Of a DNA stretch of 64,000 bases, positions 19,261-29,493 are shown one piece after another. The notes under the pieces were generated by a model. The model was not told where the DNA came from. It did no database searches and saw only the letters and a list, made by a program, of their open reading frames with translations. Numbering within the stretch: the stretch's first letter is position 1; every line of letters begins with the position of its first letter. Position numbers and translations under genes: made by a program. This DNA comes from an uncultured cyanobacterium (GTDB lineage Bacteria; Cyanobacteriota; Cyanobacteriia; CAKZMO01), in NCBI GenBank assembly GCA_963719515.1, contig CAVRCJ010000015.1:1-64000 (forward strand), read 5' to 3'.

Positions 19261-20544
19261 GTGTTAGACATCCGTCAAATTCGCGAAAACCCAGAAGCGG
19301 TGCAGCAGCGCCTCAGCCAGCGCGGTAAAGGTTACGACCTAGCTCCCATCCTGACGCTCGACCAGCAGCAGCGGGAGCTAGAGACCCAGCGCTCGGACCT
19401 GCAGGCCCAGGGAAACGCCGTGGGCAAAGCGGTGGGACAAAAGATTAAGGGCGGCGTAGATCCCAAAGGGGAGGAAATTCAGGCGCTGCGGCAGCAGGGC
19501 AACGAGCTAAAGGGCAAAATCGCCGAGCTAGAGCCCCAGGAGCGCGAGATCAAGGCTCAGCTTGATGAGCTGCTGCTGGCTATTCCTAATCTCCCTGACC
19601 CCTCGGCTCCCGAAGGCGCTAGCGAAGAAGAAAACGTGGAGCGGCGGCGCTGGGGGGATGAGCATATTCCTGAGAACAGCGACGCCCTCACCCCCCATTG
19701 GGAAATCGGGGAGGCCATGGGCATCCTCAATTTCGAGCGCTCGGCAAAAATTGCCCAAAGCCGATTTGTCACCTTAATAGGGGCCGGGGCGGCGCTAGAG
19801 CGGGCCTTAATTCAGTTCATGCTGGCTGAGCACATCGCGGCGGGTTTCGTGGAGGTAATGCCGCCGTTTTTGATCAATACCCAGTCGCTGACCACCTCGG
19901 GGCAGCTGCCTAAGTTTGCTGACGAAAGCTTCCGCTGCGATCGCGATGACCTGTGGCTGACCCCCACCGCTGAGGTGCCGGTCACTAGCCTTTACCGCGA
20001 TGAGGTGATGGCGGCAGACGCCCTGCCTGTCTATCACTGCGCCTATACTCCCTGCTTCCGCCGAGAGGCAGGCAGCTACGGGCGCGATACGCGGGGTCTG
20101 ATTCGTCTGCACCAGTTCAACAAGGTGGAGCTCTTTAAGTTTGTGGCCCCACAGACCTCGGGGGAGGAGCTAGAGTCGCTCACCCGCCAGGCTGAGAGCA
20201 TCTTGCAAAAGCTAAAGCTGCCCTACCGGGTTTTAGAACTCTGTACGGGAGATTTGGGCTTCTCGGCGATGAAGACCTACGACCTAGAAGTGTGGCTGCC
20301 CTCTTCTGGGCGCTACCGCGAAATCTCTAGCTGCTCCAACTGCGGCGATTTCCAGGCGCGGCGCGGACAGATTCGCTTTAAGCAGGTGAAAAAGAAAGGC
20401 ACCCAGCTCCTGCACACCCTCAATGGCTCGGGGCTGGCTATTGGAAGAACAATGGCTGCGATTTTAGAGAACTATCAGCAGCAGGACGGCAGCGTTAGAG
20501 TTCCGGAGGTGCTGCAGCCCTACCTAGGTAGAGACACCCTATAG
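19261..20544 (+). CDS. serS: Serine--tRNA ligase
   Basis: [49 protein letters not shown]. Confidence 0.98.
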   Translation: MLDIRQIRENPEAVQQRLSQRGKGYDLAPILTLDQQQRELETQRSDLQAQGNAVGKAVGQKIKGGVDPKGEEIQALRQQGNELKGKIAELEPQEREIKAQLDELLLAIPNLPDPSAPEGASEEENVERRRWGDEHIPENSDALTPHWEIGEAMGILNFERSAKIAQSRFVTLIGAGAALERALIQFMLAEHIAAGFVEVMPPFLINTQSLTTSGQLPKFADESFRCDRDDLWLTPTAEVPVTSLYRDEVMAADALPVYHCAYTPCFRREAGSYGRDTRGLIRLHQFNKVELFKFVAPQTSGEELESLTRQAESILQKLKLPYRVLELCTGDLGFSAMKTYDLEVWLPSSGRYREISSCSNCGDFQARRGQIRFKQVKKKGTQLLHTLNGSGLAIGRTMAAILENYQQQDGSVRVPEVLQPYLGRDTL

Positions 20545-20558
20545 CAAGCTTGGCAGCT

Positions 20559-20864
20559 TTACTCGCCGGCTTCGTCGTCGGGGATAGAGACGTCAATATC
20601 GGGGGTTTCGATGGTTGTCTCTTCTGTGGTGACCTCGACCTCCGGGGTTTCGATAGTCTGCTCTTCAGTGGAGACGTCCACCTCTGGGGTATCCACGTCG
20701 TATTCCGGCAGCTCGCCCGCTTCGGTTTCGACGTCGACTTCAGGTAGTTCGCCGGCGTCTTCCTGCTCAACACGGCAGCTGGCGACAGTGAGCATCAGCC
20801 CTGCCGAGACTAGAAGGAGGGAACGCTTGATCCAGGGACTGAAAAAAGAATTGGGCAAAGACAT
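20559..20864 (-). CDS. Small acidic lipoprotein
   Basis: Signal peptide with VASC lipobox; repeated GELPE/TPEV acidic motifs. Confidence 0.7.
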   Translation of the reverse strand: MSLPNSFFSPWIKRSLLLVSAGLMLTVASCRVEQEDAGELPEVDVETEAGELPEYDVDTPEVDVSTEEQTIETPEVEVTTEETTIETPDIDVSIPDDEAGE

Positions 20865-21049
20865 AGTGTTTTTTTAGATTAGCTTGAGAATTCTCACTAC
20901 CAAGCTAGGAGGCTATAGATTACGCTGGCCTCTGCCCAAAGAGCTAGGTTAAACCCGTGACTGCTCATCACTAATGCAGTTGTATTTGGTCACAACATTC
21001 TCCTCAAAGGCGATCGCCTCCCCGCAAGCGCCATTAATTTAGCTACTAG

Positions 21050-21434
21050 ACAGGAAGCCCCGCGCTCTACCCGTCAGGGTGAGCGTCGGGATGAGAGTCG
21101 CGCTAGCCGAAGTGCGCCCGCAAAATGATGCACAGCGGATAGTGCGCTCAGCGCTGAGGCTAGCAGTTGGTATGATAGAGATAGCAAGGTGATACACCCC
21201 GCAAAGAGTGTGACGGGCCCGTAGGCGAAAGCTGCAAGTCACCCGTTCCTCAGTTTGCAAATGTATCTGCGACACATAGTGCGTATCCTCCCTCGCGGAG
21301 ATGAAAATTCAAAACTCTGCCGTGGGGCATCAGGCGGAGTATAAACCTATCTCAGGATATGTCTCGGCAATAGCTGGGAGTCACTGAGGAAGCCCGCGCT
21401 GTACAGCTTGCTGTCAGCGTCGGGAGGATGTCAC
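21050..21434 (+). mobile_element. Non-autonomous IS200/IS605-derived element without a protein gene
   Basis: Related hairpins GAAGCCC(C)GCGCT...AGCGTCGGGA at both ends; right end GGAGGATGTCAC resembles element 3 (GGAGGATGTCAA); left boundary approximate. Confidence 0.75.
21168..21176 (+). promoter_or_regulatory. Extended -10 promoter candidate
   Basis: TGGTATGAT (TGn-TATGAT). Confidence 0.5.
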
Positions 21435-21454
21435 CTAAAAACGATAATTTTCGT
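21183..21454 (+). ncRNA. Putative omega/reRNA-like structured RNA including a ~20-nt 3' guide
   Basis: Long-range pairings 21246-21254/21383-21391 and 21279-21292/21422-21434, plus local stems. Confidence 0.55.
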
Positions 21455-22007
21455 CCCCGACCCACAGGCTCACTGGGACAGACTGCCCCAATGAGTCAAC
21501 TTTGACCTCAACCCGATAGCGCTCGGGCTCGGTGCGCTGCAGCTGGTCGATGCGGGCATTGATTTCTGTGCGCTGATCCTCGGGGATGTAGTAACGCTCT
21601 AGGCCGTAGGTGAGGCGGCCCCAGCGATACTCCCCTTTGAGCGCCACCTGATTGGCTTCTACCTGGGGGCGATCGCGACTCACCCTCACCGCTGTCCAAG
21701 GGTCGCCGGTTCCTTCACTGGGGGCTTCTAGCACCACATACACCCGCAGCGGCGCATTCTGTGCTGCGGTCACTATGGCATCCCAGCCGGAAAGGCCCTC
21801 CAGTGCCTCTCCCTGCGAGATTTGATAATTGAGCGTTACGTAGTATCCCCGCAGCAGGTCGTAGGGGTCGACGGGGACGGTCTGCAGTAAAACAGACTGG
21901 CCGGTGGTGGTCGTGTACATCGAGCGGGCGGGACCCACAAAAATCAGCGCCAGCTGTAGCGTCAAAGGCAGCCAAAACTGCCAAGGGATGCGGGGAAAAC
22001 GGGTCAT
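21435..22007 (-). CDS. GDYXXLXY domain protein
   Basis: PVDPYDLLRGYYVTLNY, YGLERYYIPE. Confidence 0.9.
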   Translation of the reverse strand: MTRFPRIPWQFWLPLTLQLALIFVGPARSMYTTTTGQSVLLQTVPVDPYDLLRGYYVTLNYQISQGEALEGLSGWDAIVTAAQNAPLRVYVVLEAPSEGTGDPWTAVRVSRDRPQVEANQVALKGEYRWGRLTYGLERYYIPEDQRTEINARIDQLQRTEPERYRVEVKVDSLGQSVPVSLWVGDENYRF

Positions 22008-22010
22008 AGC

Positions 22011-23411
22011 TTATAGCGGGGAATGACTAGAAGGACGAATGTAGCGCTCAAACCAAAGCCCTAGGGCGATGACGGCGACGCCGCACAGCAAAAACGTAAA
22101 CGACTTAACCAGCAGCCCGGTGTTGTATTCCAGGACGCGGCTGAGGATTTGCAGCACCAGCAGCGCCAGCCCCCACCAAAACTGAGCGCGATCGCTCTCG
22201 TCTAGTCCCTCGCGCATGGTGCCAATGCCCAGCACCGCTAGCACTACGTTGGCGATAAAGGTAGCCGCCGCCGGTAGGGGTGCCACGTGCCAATGCACGA
22301 TGCAAACGCCGGTCATCAGGCCCAACAAACCCAGCACTACCCCATCGGTAGAGCCCAAACGCCAGCGGCGATCGCGGCGAGGCCAGGCGGCGTAGAGCCA
22401 GACCAATACGGCAGCTCCCGACAGTGCTATAACGCTCACGCTCGACCTAGCGGTTGCTTCCATCTCAATTCGGCGGCCAGCGTCAATGCTGCTCCAAACG
22501 CCGTAAAAGGAGGCCAGGTAAAGCGCCCCGCCCAGATAGGCCACGGCGATCGCCCGTGAGAGGGGCCGAAAGCTGAGCCCTATGGCAGCTTCGGCACCAG
22601 CATTCCGATTCAGCCAAGAGCGATCGTCGTAGCCCCACAGGAGGCTGACGGGAAGCACCAGCATGAGGGCAATCCAGCTCCCTAAGGAGCCCGTACCCGA
22701 GAGCCATCCTAAGCTGATCACCAGAGAAAATGCTGTGCCCACCGCTGTGAGCAAAAAGATGCTGCGGCTATGGCTGCGGTAGGCCAAGGGTAAAAAGAGA
22801 ATTAGCGCCACTAGCGGCATTTGCTGCAGCAAGACATCTAGCGCCGAGGCTGTATCCACCGCGAACCAGGACCCATCCCGCAGCCAAAGAACGTAGGACG
22901 TTCCCGCCAGCAGCTGTGCCATTACCCCCAGCGACGCCAGCCTGAGCCCATAGGCCATCCCCAGGACGCCCAGGCTCCAAGCGGCGCAGAGGCCATAGCC
23001 AGAGCCGCTTTGGTGAAATATCTGCCCCATCAGGGCCAGATTGCCTCCAAAAGCCAGGGCTCCCAGCAGCAGCAGCCCGTGACCGAGGCGCTGCCGTCCG
23101 CCCGCAGAGCGCCGGTGCAGGACAAATCCAGTAATGCTGACGGCCAAAAATACGCTCACCAGCAGCACCACTTTGAGCAGGCGGGGAATGAGCTGCCAGT
23201 TGGCTGCAACAAACGTGATGCAGCCAATACCCACCAGCAGGCAGCCAATGCTAATCAGGAGGATGATAAATTGTCCGTAGGATGCTCTCTCCAGCCGCTC
23301 AAGGCTATAGTGCTCCGTGAGGCGGGCGTGCTGCTCGGGGCTAATCCAGGCGTCTTGCTGCCAGCGAGCGGCCTCCTGCTTGAGCTGCCGTCGAAACTGT
23401 TCGGATGCCAT
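22011..23411 (-). CDS. DUF2157 membrane protein
   Basis: GCITFVAANWQ, ALMGQIFH; typical pairing with a GDYXXLXY gene. Confidence 0.88.
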   Translation of the reverse strand: MASEQFRRQLKQEAARWQQDAWISPEQHARLTEHYSLERLERASYGQFIILLISIGCLLVGIGCITFVAANWQLIPRLLKVVLLVSVFLAVSITGFVLHRRSAGGRQRLGHGLLLLGALAFGGNLALMGQIFHQSGSGYGLCAAWSLGVLGMAYGLRLASLGVMAQLLAGTSYVLWLRDGSWFAVDTASALDVLLQQMPLVALILFLPLAYRSHSRSIFLLTAVGTAFSLVISLGWLSGTGSLGSWIALMLVLPVSLLWGYDDRSWLNRNAGAEAAIGLSFRPLSRAIAVAYLGGALYLASFYGVWSSIDAGRRIEMEATARSSVSVIALSGAAVLVWLYAAWPRRDRRWRLGSTDGVVLGLLGLMTGVCIVHWHVAPLPAAATFIANVVLAVLGIGTMREGLDESDRAQFWWGLALLVLQILSRVLEYNTGLLVKSFTFLLCGVAVIALGLWFERYIRPSSHSPL

Positions 23412-23833
23412 ATCTCACCTTGTCGTGATGATGCCTTTGAGTATGGGGTAACGTGGACCCTTCGTCAGAGGTAACCTGTGACAATTTATGATCTATCGCT
23501 TAGATTGAGGAAGTAATTCTGCATCTATCTGCATCCCTATCAATCCGCATGGGACGGTTTAGGGATTGTCTGGCGCGCCGCGCCATGACAAGCTGCGGCA
23601 CAGTATCGGCCCAAACCAGCGCTTCAGTCTGTATCTTCCTCCCTGTAGCTAAAGACTTCACATTAATATTCAAGATCTATCCAGGTCGAGGCTAGAATCA
23701 CCTGTATTCAGGAAAAACGAGCTATCCGCGTAGGGCATCATCCGTAGTGCTTGTCTCTTCTGATGACGCCCTGGCTCGACTTGAGGGTTTGAGTGTAACG
23801 CCCCGTCCTGCTCCCATGAGGTGACAGTAGTCT

Positions 23834-24940
23834 ATGCGCTTTGAGATCAAGCTTGGTAAGGCGTATACCAGTACGAAACGCCCCGCCGTTGGGGAAATCT
23901 TAGCGGACATCAACTACCGGGTTCACCAGTCTAGCTATGGAAAGCAGGCGGTTGGCGTCGCCGCTGGCGTTTCTGTGCTGCTGTGGTGGATGACGTCTTG
24001 GTGGGTGTCGCTGTTGGTCATCTTATCTGGAATAGGCCTGGGGGGCTGGCTCGAATATCAGAAGCGTCAGCAGCGATTAACGACGCTGCACTACCAGTGT
24101 GACAATGAGTTCCAGCTACGATTTGCGGCGGTCCAGCACGCCTGTGAGGTCCTGGCGCGTACGGAGAAAATTTGGCTTGAGGCAAAGCGGAAGTCGCTGC
24201 AGCGCCAGCAGGCCTATGCTGGCGCTAGCCAGGTCATTGAGCTAAGCAACACACCGGTCAAGGTCTGCTGCGCCCAGCCCCCCTTTATTAAAACCAATCT
24301 GTCGGTGTGGAGCATCGACGTGGGATATCTAAAGCTGTTCTTTTTGCCGGACTACATTTTGGTGTGGCGGCGGAGAGTTTACAGCGCCGTGTCCTATAGC
24401 GCCCTAAGCCTAGACTGCGATCGCCAGCAAATTAACCTGACCAGCGATGTCCCCAAAGACGCCAGACTGCTGGGAGAGACCTGGCAGTACGTCACCCCGG
24501 ACGGAAAGCCCGACCCAGCGGCCAAGAGTAACCAAAAGATTTTTCAGGTGCAGTACGGTTTGCTGAGGCTGATGGCCAGCGTCGGCTTCAATATCCACCT
24601 CCATGTATCTAGCGTCGTGGTGGCCGAGCAATTCATCAAGTCCTTTGCCAGCGTACAGCAGTGGCTGTCGCCGCGCCGACCGACCGAATGGGAGGCCCCG
24701 CCACCGCCGCCTAAAGATGAGTACAGCCTAGACGACCGGCGATCGCCCCACGATATTCTGGGCGTCAAGCCAGGGGCCTCGCTGTCGGAGGTGCGGGCGG
24801 CGTATCATCACATCGCCCGCCTCAACCACCCAGACAAGGTGATTGGGCTGGCCCCAGAGTTCCAGCAGCTGGCGGAGCGCCGCATGAAGGTGATTACGGA
24901 AGCCTACCGGAAGCTGACGGAGCATGTGACGGTGCGATAA
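23834..24940 (+). CDS. Membrane protein with C-terminal J domain
   Basis: N-terminal TM helices; ILGV...AYH...HPDK J domain. Confidence 0.8.
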   Translation: MRFEIKLGKAYTSTKRPAVGEILADINYRVHQSSYGKQAVGVAAGVSVLLWWMTSWWVSLLVILSGIGLGGWLEYQKRQQRLTTLHYQCDNEFQLRFAAVQHACEVLARTEKIWLEAKRKSLQRQQAYAGASQVIELSNTPVKVCCAQPPFIKTNLSVWSIDVGYLKLFFLPDYILVWRRRVYSAVSYSALSLDCDRQQINLTSDVPKDARLLGETWQYVTPDGKPDPAAKSNQKIFQVQYGLLRLMASVGFNIHLHVSSVVVAEQFIKSFASVQQWLSPRRPTEWEAPPPPPKDEYSLDDRRSPHDILGVKPGASLSEVRAAYHHIARLNHPDKVIGLAPEFQQLAERRMKVITEAYRKLTEHVTVR

Positions 24941-24946
24941 GGGGCT

Positions 24947-25330
24947 TCACCGTCTATGGGTACGCCACTCTTTTTTGTACGGTCCTATAGCCTCAAAGCA
25001 CAGCAGGATGACGCATCCGGCGCTGTAGGCCAATAGGTCTTCCCAAACGAAGGTTGTGCCGATGACCGTTTTTGCGATGGTGGAAGACTCTAATCCCAAA
25101 ACTTCTACGATTTTGAGGTACTGAAGCCCCTCCACCCCAAATGAAAATGCGAGCACGCCCAATGCGGCGCTCAAGATTGGCGCTTTGAAAAAGGCTCTGA
25201 CCAGCGCATAGATAAGAATGACGACGAGGACATCGCCGACGTAGGGGCGGATGAAGCGATCGTGGATGTACAGCGCGATGTATAGCTCTGTGAGAAACAG
25301 GACAATGAACCAAAAAAGGTAAGATCTACG
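24947..25330 (-). pseudogene. DUF2809 family membrane protein lacking a start codon
   Basis: Frame is open from 25330: RRSYLFWFIVLFLTELYIALYIHDRFIRPYVGDVLVVILIY...GTTFVWEDLLAY; in-frame TGA just upstream. Confidence 0.6.
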
Positions 25331-26561
25331 TCAACCGTTCGATCATAGGATTACCGGCCTCATCGACCCAAGCCAGCTGATCGACGCGGCGTTCGCGGGC
25401 GTAGCCGCGGGCCTCCTCTAAACTACTGCGATCGCTCAAGTCCACCTCCACGCGAATCAGGTTAGTCGACTCGCGAATCGTGCGGGCATAGGCAAACGCC
25501 GCCCCGTGGGCCGCCGGAGTCTTAGGAACGATGAGCCAGTTACTGGCGGGAATCTCATTGGGAAGCTGCCCGCTGGGCAATAGACTTTGGTGCAGCTCTT
25601 CAACGTTGAGCACAAATCCGATGCCGGGATACGACGTCCCGTTGGGGTGGTAAACCCCTAGCAGCTGGTCATAGCGTCCGCCCTGACCTAGACGCTGATG
25701 GCCAGATCCGCTGGTGGTTACTACGTCGAATACGATGCCGCTATAGTAATCGAAGCTTTGAGTGAGACTGAGATCCAAGACCAAAGAGGGGTGGGCACGC
25801 CCCTGTCGCCCCCAGGCTTCGCTGAGCAGATCAAATAGCGACTTGAGACGATTGACCAGGGTTTGCTGAGCGTCAGTTAACTCAAGCTGCACCAGCTGCT
25901 GAATCACGTCTGCGGGTTGGCTGCCTCTGAGGTCAAAGAGCGCTAGAGCTTGGTCCCTGAGCAACGGAGAAAGCGGCATTGTCTCAAGCGCTACGCGGTC
26001 TACAGCGGCAAACGCTTGGAGAATATCGTCTTGGTGATCGGCGGGAAACTCTCGCAGCAGCGATCGCGTCAGCGCCGCTTCCCCAATGATAATATGCCAA
26101 TCGGTAAGCCCTAGCGTATCTAAACAGTCCGTGAGCAGCAGCAGCACCTCAGTGTCGGCCACTACGCCGCCGCTGCCGACAAGCTCCACCCCGGCCTGGT
26201 AAAACTCGTGCTGATGGTAGGAGCTGTCTTGCCCCAACCGGCGAAAGACGTTGGCGCTGTAGTAGAGCCGCTGGGGTAGGCTGACGCCATCTATGCGGGT
26301 GACAGCAGCCCGCGCCACAGAAGCCGTCAACTCCGGCCTTAGGCCTAGCACTTCGTTATCGGTGTCGTGAAGCTGAATTACGGTTGAGGGTTGAACGGCC
26401 CCGCCTGCCGTTAGCGTCTCTAATTTCTCTAGCGTTGGCGTGATGATACGGTGGTAGCCCCAGCGCTCAAACCGCTTTTGTAGCCGCCGCTTGATCCACT
26501 GCTTTTGGGCGACGTCCAAAGGAAGCAGATCTCGGGCACCGGTTGGGAGTTGATAGACCAT
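25326..26561 (-). CDS. hisZ: ATP phosphoribosyltransferase regulatory subunit
   Basis: PTGARDLLP, LGLRPELTAS, EFYQAGVEL, DYYSGIVF, GGRYDQLL. Confidence 0.93.
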   Translation of the reverse strand: MVYQLPTGARDLLPLDVAQKQWIKRRLQKRFERWGYHRIITPTLEKLETLTAGGAVQPSTVIQLHDTDNEVLGLRPELTASVARAAVTRIDGVSLPQRLYYSANVFRRLGQDSSYHQHEFYQAGVELVGSGGVVADTEVLLLLTDCLDTLGLTDWHIIIGEAALTRSLLREFPADHQDDILQAFAAVDRVALETMPLSPLLRDQALALFDLRGSQPADVIQQLVQLELTDAQQTLVNRLKSLFDLLSEAWGRQGRAHPSLVLDLSLTQSFDYYSGIVFDVVTTSGSGHQRLGQGGRYDQLLGVYHPNGTSYPGIGFVLNVEELHQSLLPSGQLPNEIPASNWLIVPKTPAAHGAAFAYARTIRESTNLIRVEVDLSDRSSLEEARGYARERRVDQLAWVDEAGNPMIERLT

Positions 26562-26645
26562 GGCATGAGCTAAACTAGCGCTTCAGCATGTAAGCGTTCA
26601 GTTTAATTATGCCTGCCTAGCGCACGCTAGGGTTTGATCGACCCA

Positions 26646-27569
26646 TCAATTCCGGCCAAATAGACCGCGAAAGCCCTTTCTGCTTTTATCGGTTTTCCTG
26701 CCCTTAGCCGTGCTGGTCGAACGGCTCTCTGGAGCCACGCGGCGCATTCCTTCTTTGGCGATTGTCTCGTTCGGATTGAGCTCTAGGGACTTACGAAAGT
26801 GGACCTTTGCCATGGTGGGCTGGTCATTCTTTAGATAGATCATGCCGAGGCGCGCGTGGCAGTGACTGTTTTTAGGCGCTAGCTTCAGCGCTTCTCGCAT
26901 CTCCAGCACGGCCTGGTTGTAGCGGTGCTTCGCGGCGTATTCTTCAGCCCGGCGCATGTAGGCGTTGACCAGCTCTGCCATGGAGGTAGGACGAGCCGTA
27001 CCTGACGATGGCTTTGGTGCCGCCGAGGCCGTCGAGGAGGTCGCCGCCGAGACCGCTGTTTTCTCCTGTGCTTCTGGTCGGCGCAGCACGCTGTTCTGCT
27101 GCCGCATTAAGTACACCAAGTTAAGCTCGCTGATTTCGCCAATGAGGTTGAGGCTCTCGTTGATGCTCCCATACTGACCATCCCCCATTTTACGAATGAG
27201 AGTACTGTAGGTGCCCTCTAGGTCAGGGGTAGAGGCCAGCTGACGGGCATTCTCTCCCATCAAAATAATGGTCTCTTCGCGCTGCTTTGCCTCCTTGCCC
27301 TTTAGCTCCAGCAGCAGACAGTATTCCTCATACTCACTTTCTTGTGAGAGCTTCTCATAGGCCGGGTTGACCAGCTTTGACAGCAGCTCGTTGGCGAGCT
27401 GACGCTCGGCCGTTGTCGTGATTGTGGCGCTGTCAGGATGCAGCCGACGGACAATACGCAGATAGCGCTTGCGAATGCTTTTAGGGTCGGCGTTAATGGG
27501 AATCCCTAGAACAGCATGGTGATCCACAAACTCCCCACCAAACAGCCCTCGTTCGATCTTCAAAGCCAT
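26646..27569 (-). CDS. DnaJ domain plus TPR protein
   Basis: N-terminal J domain (LHPD, VNPAYEKL); C-terminal TPR. Confidence 0.85.
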   Translation of the reverse strand: MALKIERGLFGGEFVDHHAVLGIPINADPKSIRKRYLRIVRRLHPDSATITTTAERQLANELLSKLVNPAYEKLSQESEYEEYCLLLELKGKEAKQREETIILMGENARQLASTPDLEGTYSTLIRKMGDGQYGSINESLNLIGEISELNLVYLMRQQNSVLRRPEAQEKTAVSAATSSTASAAPKPSSGTARPTSMAELVNAYMRRAEEYAAKHRYNQAVLEMREALKLAPKNSHCHARLGMIYLKNDQPTMAKVHFRKSLELNPNETIAKEGMRRVAPESRSTSTAKGRKTDKSRKGFRGLFGRN

Positions 27570-27646
27570 GCGCGTCTAGATTCCAGTAAGCGGCCCAAGC
27601 TGTTTCTAGTGTACTCAGGTCTCAAGCAGAAATCCAAGCCCATATG

Positions 27647-28480
27647 TTAAGCCGGAGAGAATTCTTGCAAAGGCTTTACCGAGACCAGCTCGCGGCTGAG
27701 GCTGTCGTGAAGGCTGCCGTTGGTCGCTAGGAGTCTGCCGCTGTGCAAATCGAAGGGGCTTTGGTCATAGGCCGTGACGCGTCCACCCGCTTCTCGCAAT
27801 AAAACAACCCCTGCCGCAATATCCCAGGGCGACAGCCCTCTTTCCCAGTAGCCATCGAGTCGCCCGCAAGCGACGTAGGCTAAGTCAACAGACGCCGACC
27901 CACCCCGACGGACGCCCTGGGTCAAGTGAGTTAGGTGGCAAAACTCGGCGTAGTTAGTGTCAATGGTCTCGCGGCGATCGTAGGCAAAGCCGGTGACGAG
28001 CAGGCTGTTTTTAAGCTGGTCTGTTTTTGAGACGGAAATTGGAGCGTGATTGCAGGTCGCGCCTTGTCCGATGACCGCCTGAAACAGCTCGTCCAACGCC
28101 GGATTAAAGATAACGCCAACGCTGGGTACCCCATCGATCAGTAGACCAATGGAGACCGCATAAAAGGGATAGCTGTGGGTGTAGTTTGTGGTTCCGTCTA
28201 GGGGATCGATAGCCCATAGATAGGGCGTTTGGCTGGGCTGCCCGATATCTCCAGACTCTTCTGCCAAAATGGCGTGATCGGGCAGTCGACGTCTCAGCAC
28301 CTCTAGGATGACGGCCTCTGCTCCTCGGTCTGCTTCAGTGACCAAGTCGCCAGATCGCCCTTTTTCCTGAATGTCGGAAAGCGAGCCCGCAAATTTTTTC
28401 AATACATCACCAGCAGCTTGAGCCGCTTCGGTGGCCACCTCTAAAAAAAGATCTAGCGGATGCTCTGAAAGATTGCTCAT
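27647..28480 (-). CDS. suhB: Inositol monophosphatase family protein
   Basis: DLVTEAD, AIDPLDGTTNY, WDIAAG. Confidence 0.9.
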   Translation of the reverse strand: MSNLSEHPLDLFLEVATEAAQAAGDVLKKFAGSLSDIQEKGRSGDLVTEADRGAEAVILEVLRRRLPDHAILAEESGDIGQPSQTPYLWAIDPLDGTTNYTHSYPFYAVSIGLLIDGVPSVGVIFNPALDELFQAVIGQGATCNHAPISVSKTDQLKNSLLVTGFAYDRRETIDTNYAEFCHLTHLTQGVRRGGSASVDLAYVACGRLDGYWERGLSPWDIAAGVVLLREAGGRVTAYDQSPFDLHSGRLLATNGSLHDSLSRELVSVKPLQEFSPA

Positions 28481-28499
28481 TCGGGACTGTCCAGATGGG

Positions 28500-29033
28500 T
28501 CACAGCGCCGATGGCGACTGCTGACGAAATTCTACCGGAGTTTGTCGCATCGGATTTGCCGGATTCCAGATGCCAAGTCCGAGGAGACGGGCCTGATGCT
28601 GGGCATGGGCGAGGCAATGGGCGTACTTAGACTGGGGGTGGCCCGCCATAGCGTACCCTTCGGCCACAAGCGCCTCGTTGACCATCTGCTCTTCAAACCA
28701 GGCGTAGGCCAGTTGACGACCGTAGGGGTCCGCGTCAGCGATCGCCTCCAGCGTGATCGACTGCTGCAGAAGCCAATCCTCTAGATGCTGCTTGGCCTCA
28801 GCGCCCCAAGGCAGCTGATCCAAGTCGGGAGCATTGAGGCCCGCCAAGCGCACGGCTGTCGTCTCCGCCCTACCTCCTAAAAGAACCTCAAAAGTCTGTC
28901 CGCTGACGACTCTTGCCACGGTTGCCGGGGTGCCAGCTGGCGGTGGGGCACAGTAGCCGGTCCACAGCAGTCCTGCCAAACCTAAGGCGATCGCCCCTAC
29001 GGCAGTCAGCGTTATCCAACCCAGTCTCGACAT
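28500..29033 (-). CDS. Thermonuclease (SNase-like)
   Basis: VRLAGLNAPD, DPYGRQLAY, NEALVAEGYA, LGIW. Confidence 0.85.
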   Translation of the reverse strand: MSRLGWITLTAVGAIALGLAGLLWTGYCAPPPAGTPATVARVVSGQTFEVLLGGRAETTAVRLAGLNAPDLDQLPWGAEAKQHLEDWLLQQSITLEAIADADPYGRQLAYAWFEEQMVNEALVAEGYAMAGHPQSKYAHCLAHAQHQARLLGLGIWNPANPMRQTPVEFRQQSPSAL

Positions 29034-29048
29034 AACCCCACCACGCCT

Positions 29049-29414
29049 CTAATCCTCTTCTAAGGGCAGTCCTGCACGTACGCGGCCCTTACCAAAATAT
29101 TGCCCAAACTGCAGGTCGTACACCTCATCCTCTTCTTGGGTTTCGACGACTAAGTCTGAGCGGGGGTAGCTGACGCACAGCAGCGCGTACCCTTGCTTCT
29201 GAAGCTCGGGTGAAAGACCCATGGCTTCAGGCTGATGAAGATCTCCCGACACAACTCTCGCAGCGCAGGTGGTACAGGCTCCATTACGGCACAAATAGGG
29301 GAGGGAGACCCCCTGGCCCTCAAAGGTGTGGAGAATGTACCGGTCCTCAGGGACGGCCACCTGGTAAGTCTGTCCGGTTTGCCGGTGACGAACCGTCACC
29401 TGATGCGTTCGCAT
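29049..29414 (-). CDS. 2Fe-2S ferredoxin
   Basis: CRNGACTTC and LLCVSYPRSD. Confidence 0.92.
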   Translation of the reverse strand: MRTHQVTVRHRQTGQTYQVAVPEDRYILHTFEGQGVSLPYLCRNGACTTCAARVVSGDLHQPEAMGLSPELQKQGYALLCVSYPRSDLVVETQEEDEVYDLQFGQYFGKGRVRAGLPLEED

Positions 29415-29493
29415 AGTCAATGGCGTTTCAAAGGTAAGATTATTCTGTTATGATAGATGCCCTGTGGCTTGTTAAACAAAGTCGCGGCTTTTT

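Noticed and set aside
21039..21275. 78-aa minus-strand ORF inside the non-autonomous element
   Set aside because: No recognisable motif, and it runs through the end hairpin; likely spurious.
21183..21434. Group I intron (IStron) or HEARO RNA identity
   Set aside because: I could not find the group I P/Q/R/S core or a HEARO-like 5' end with iscB; a covariance search is needed to exclude them fully.
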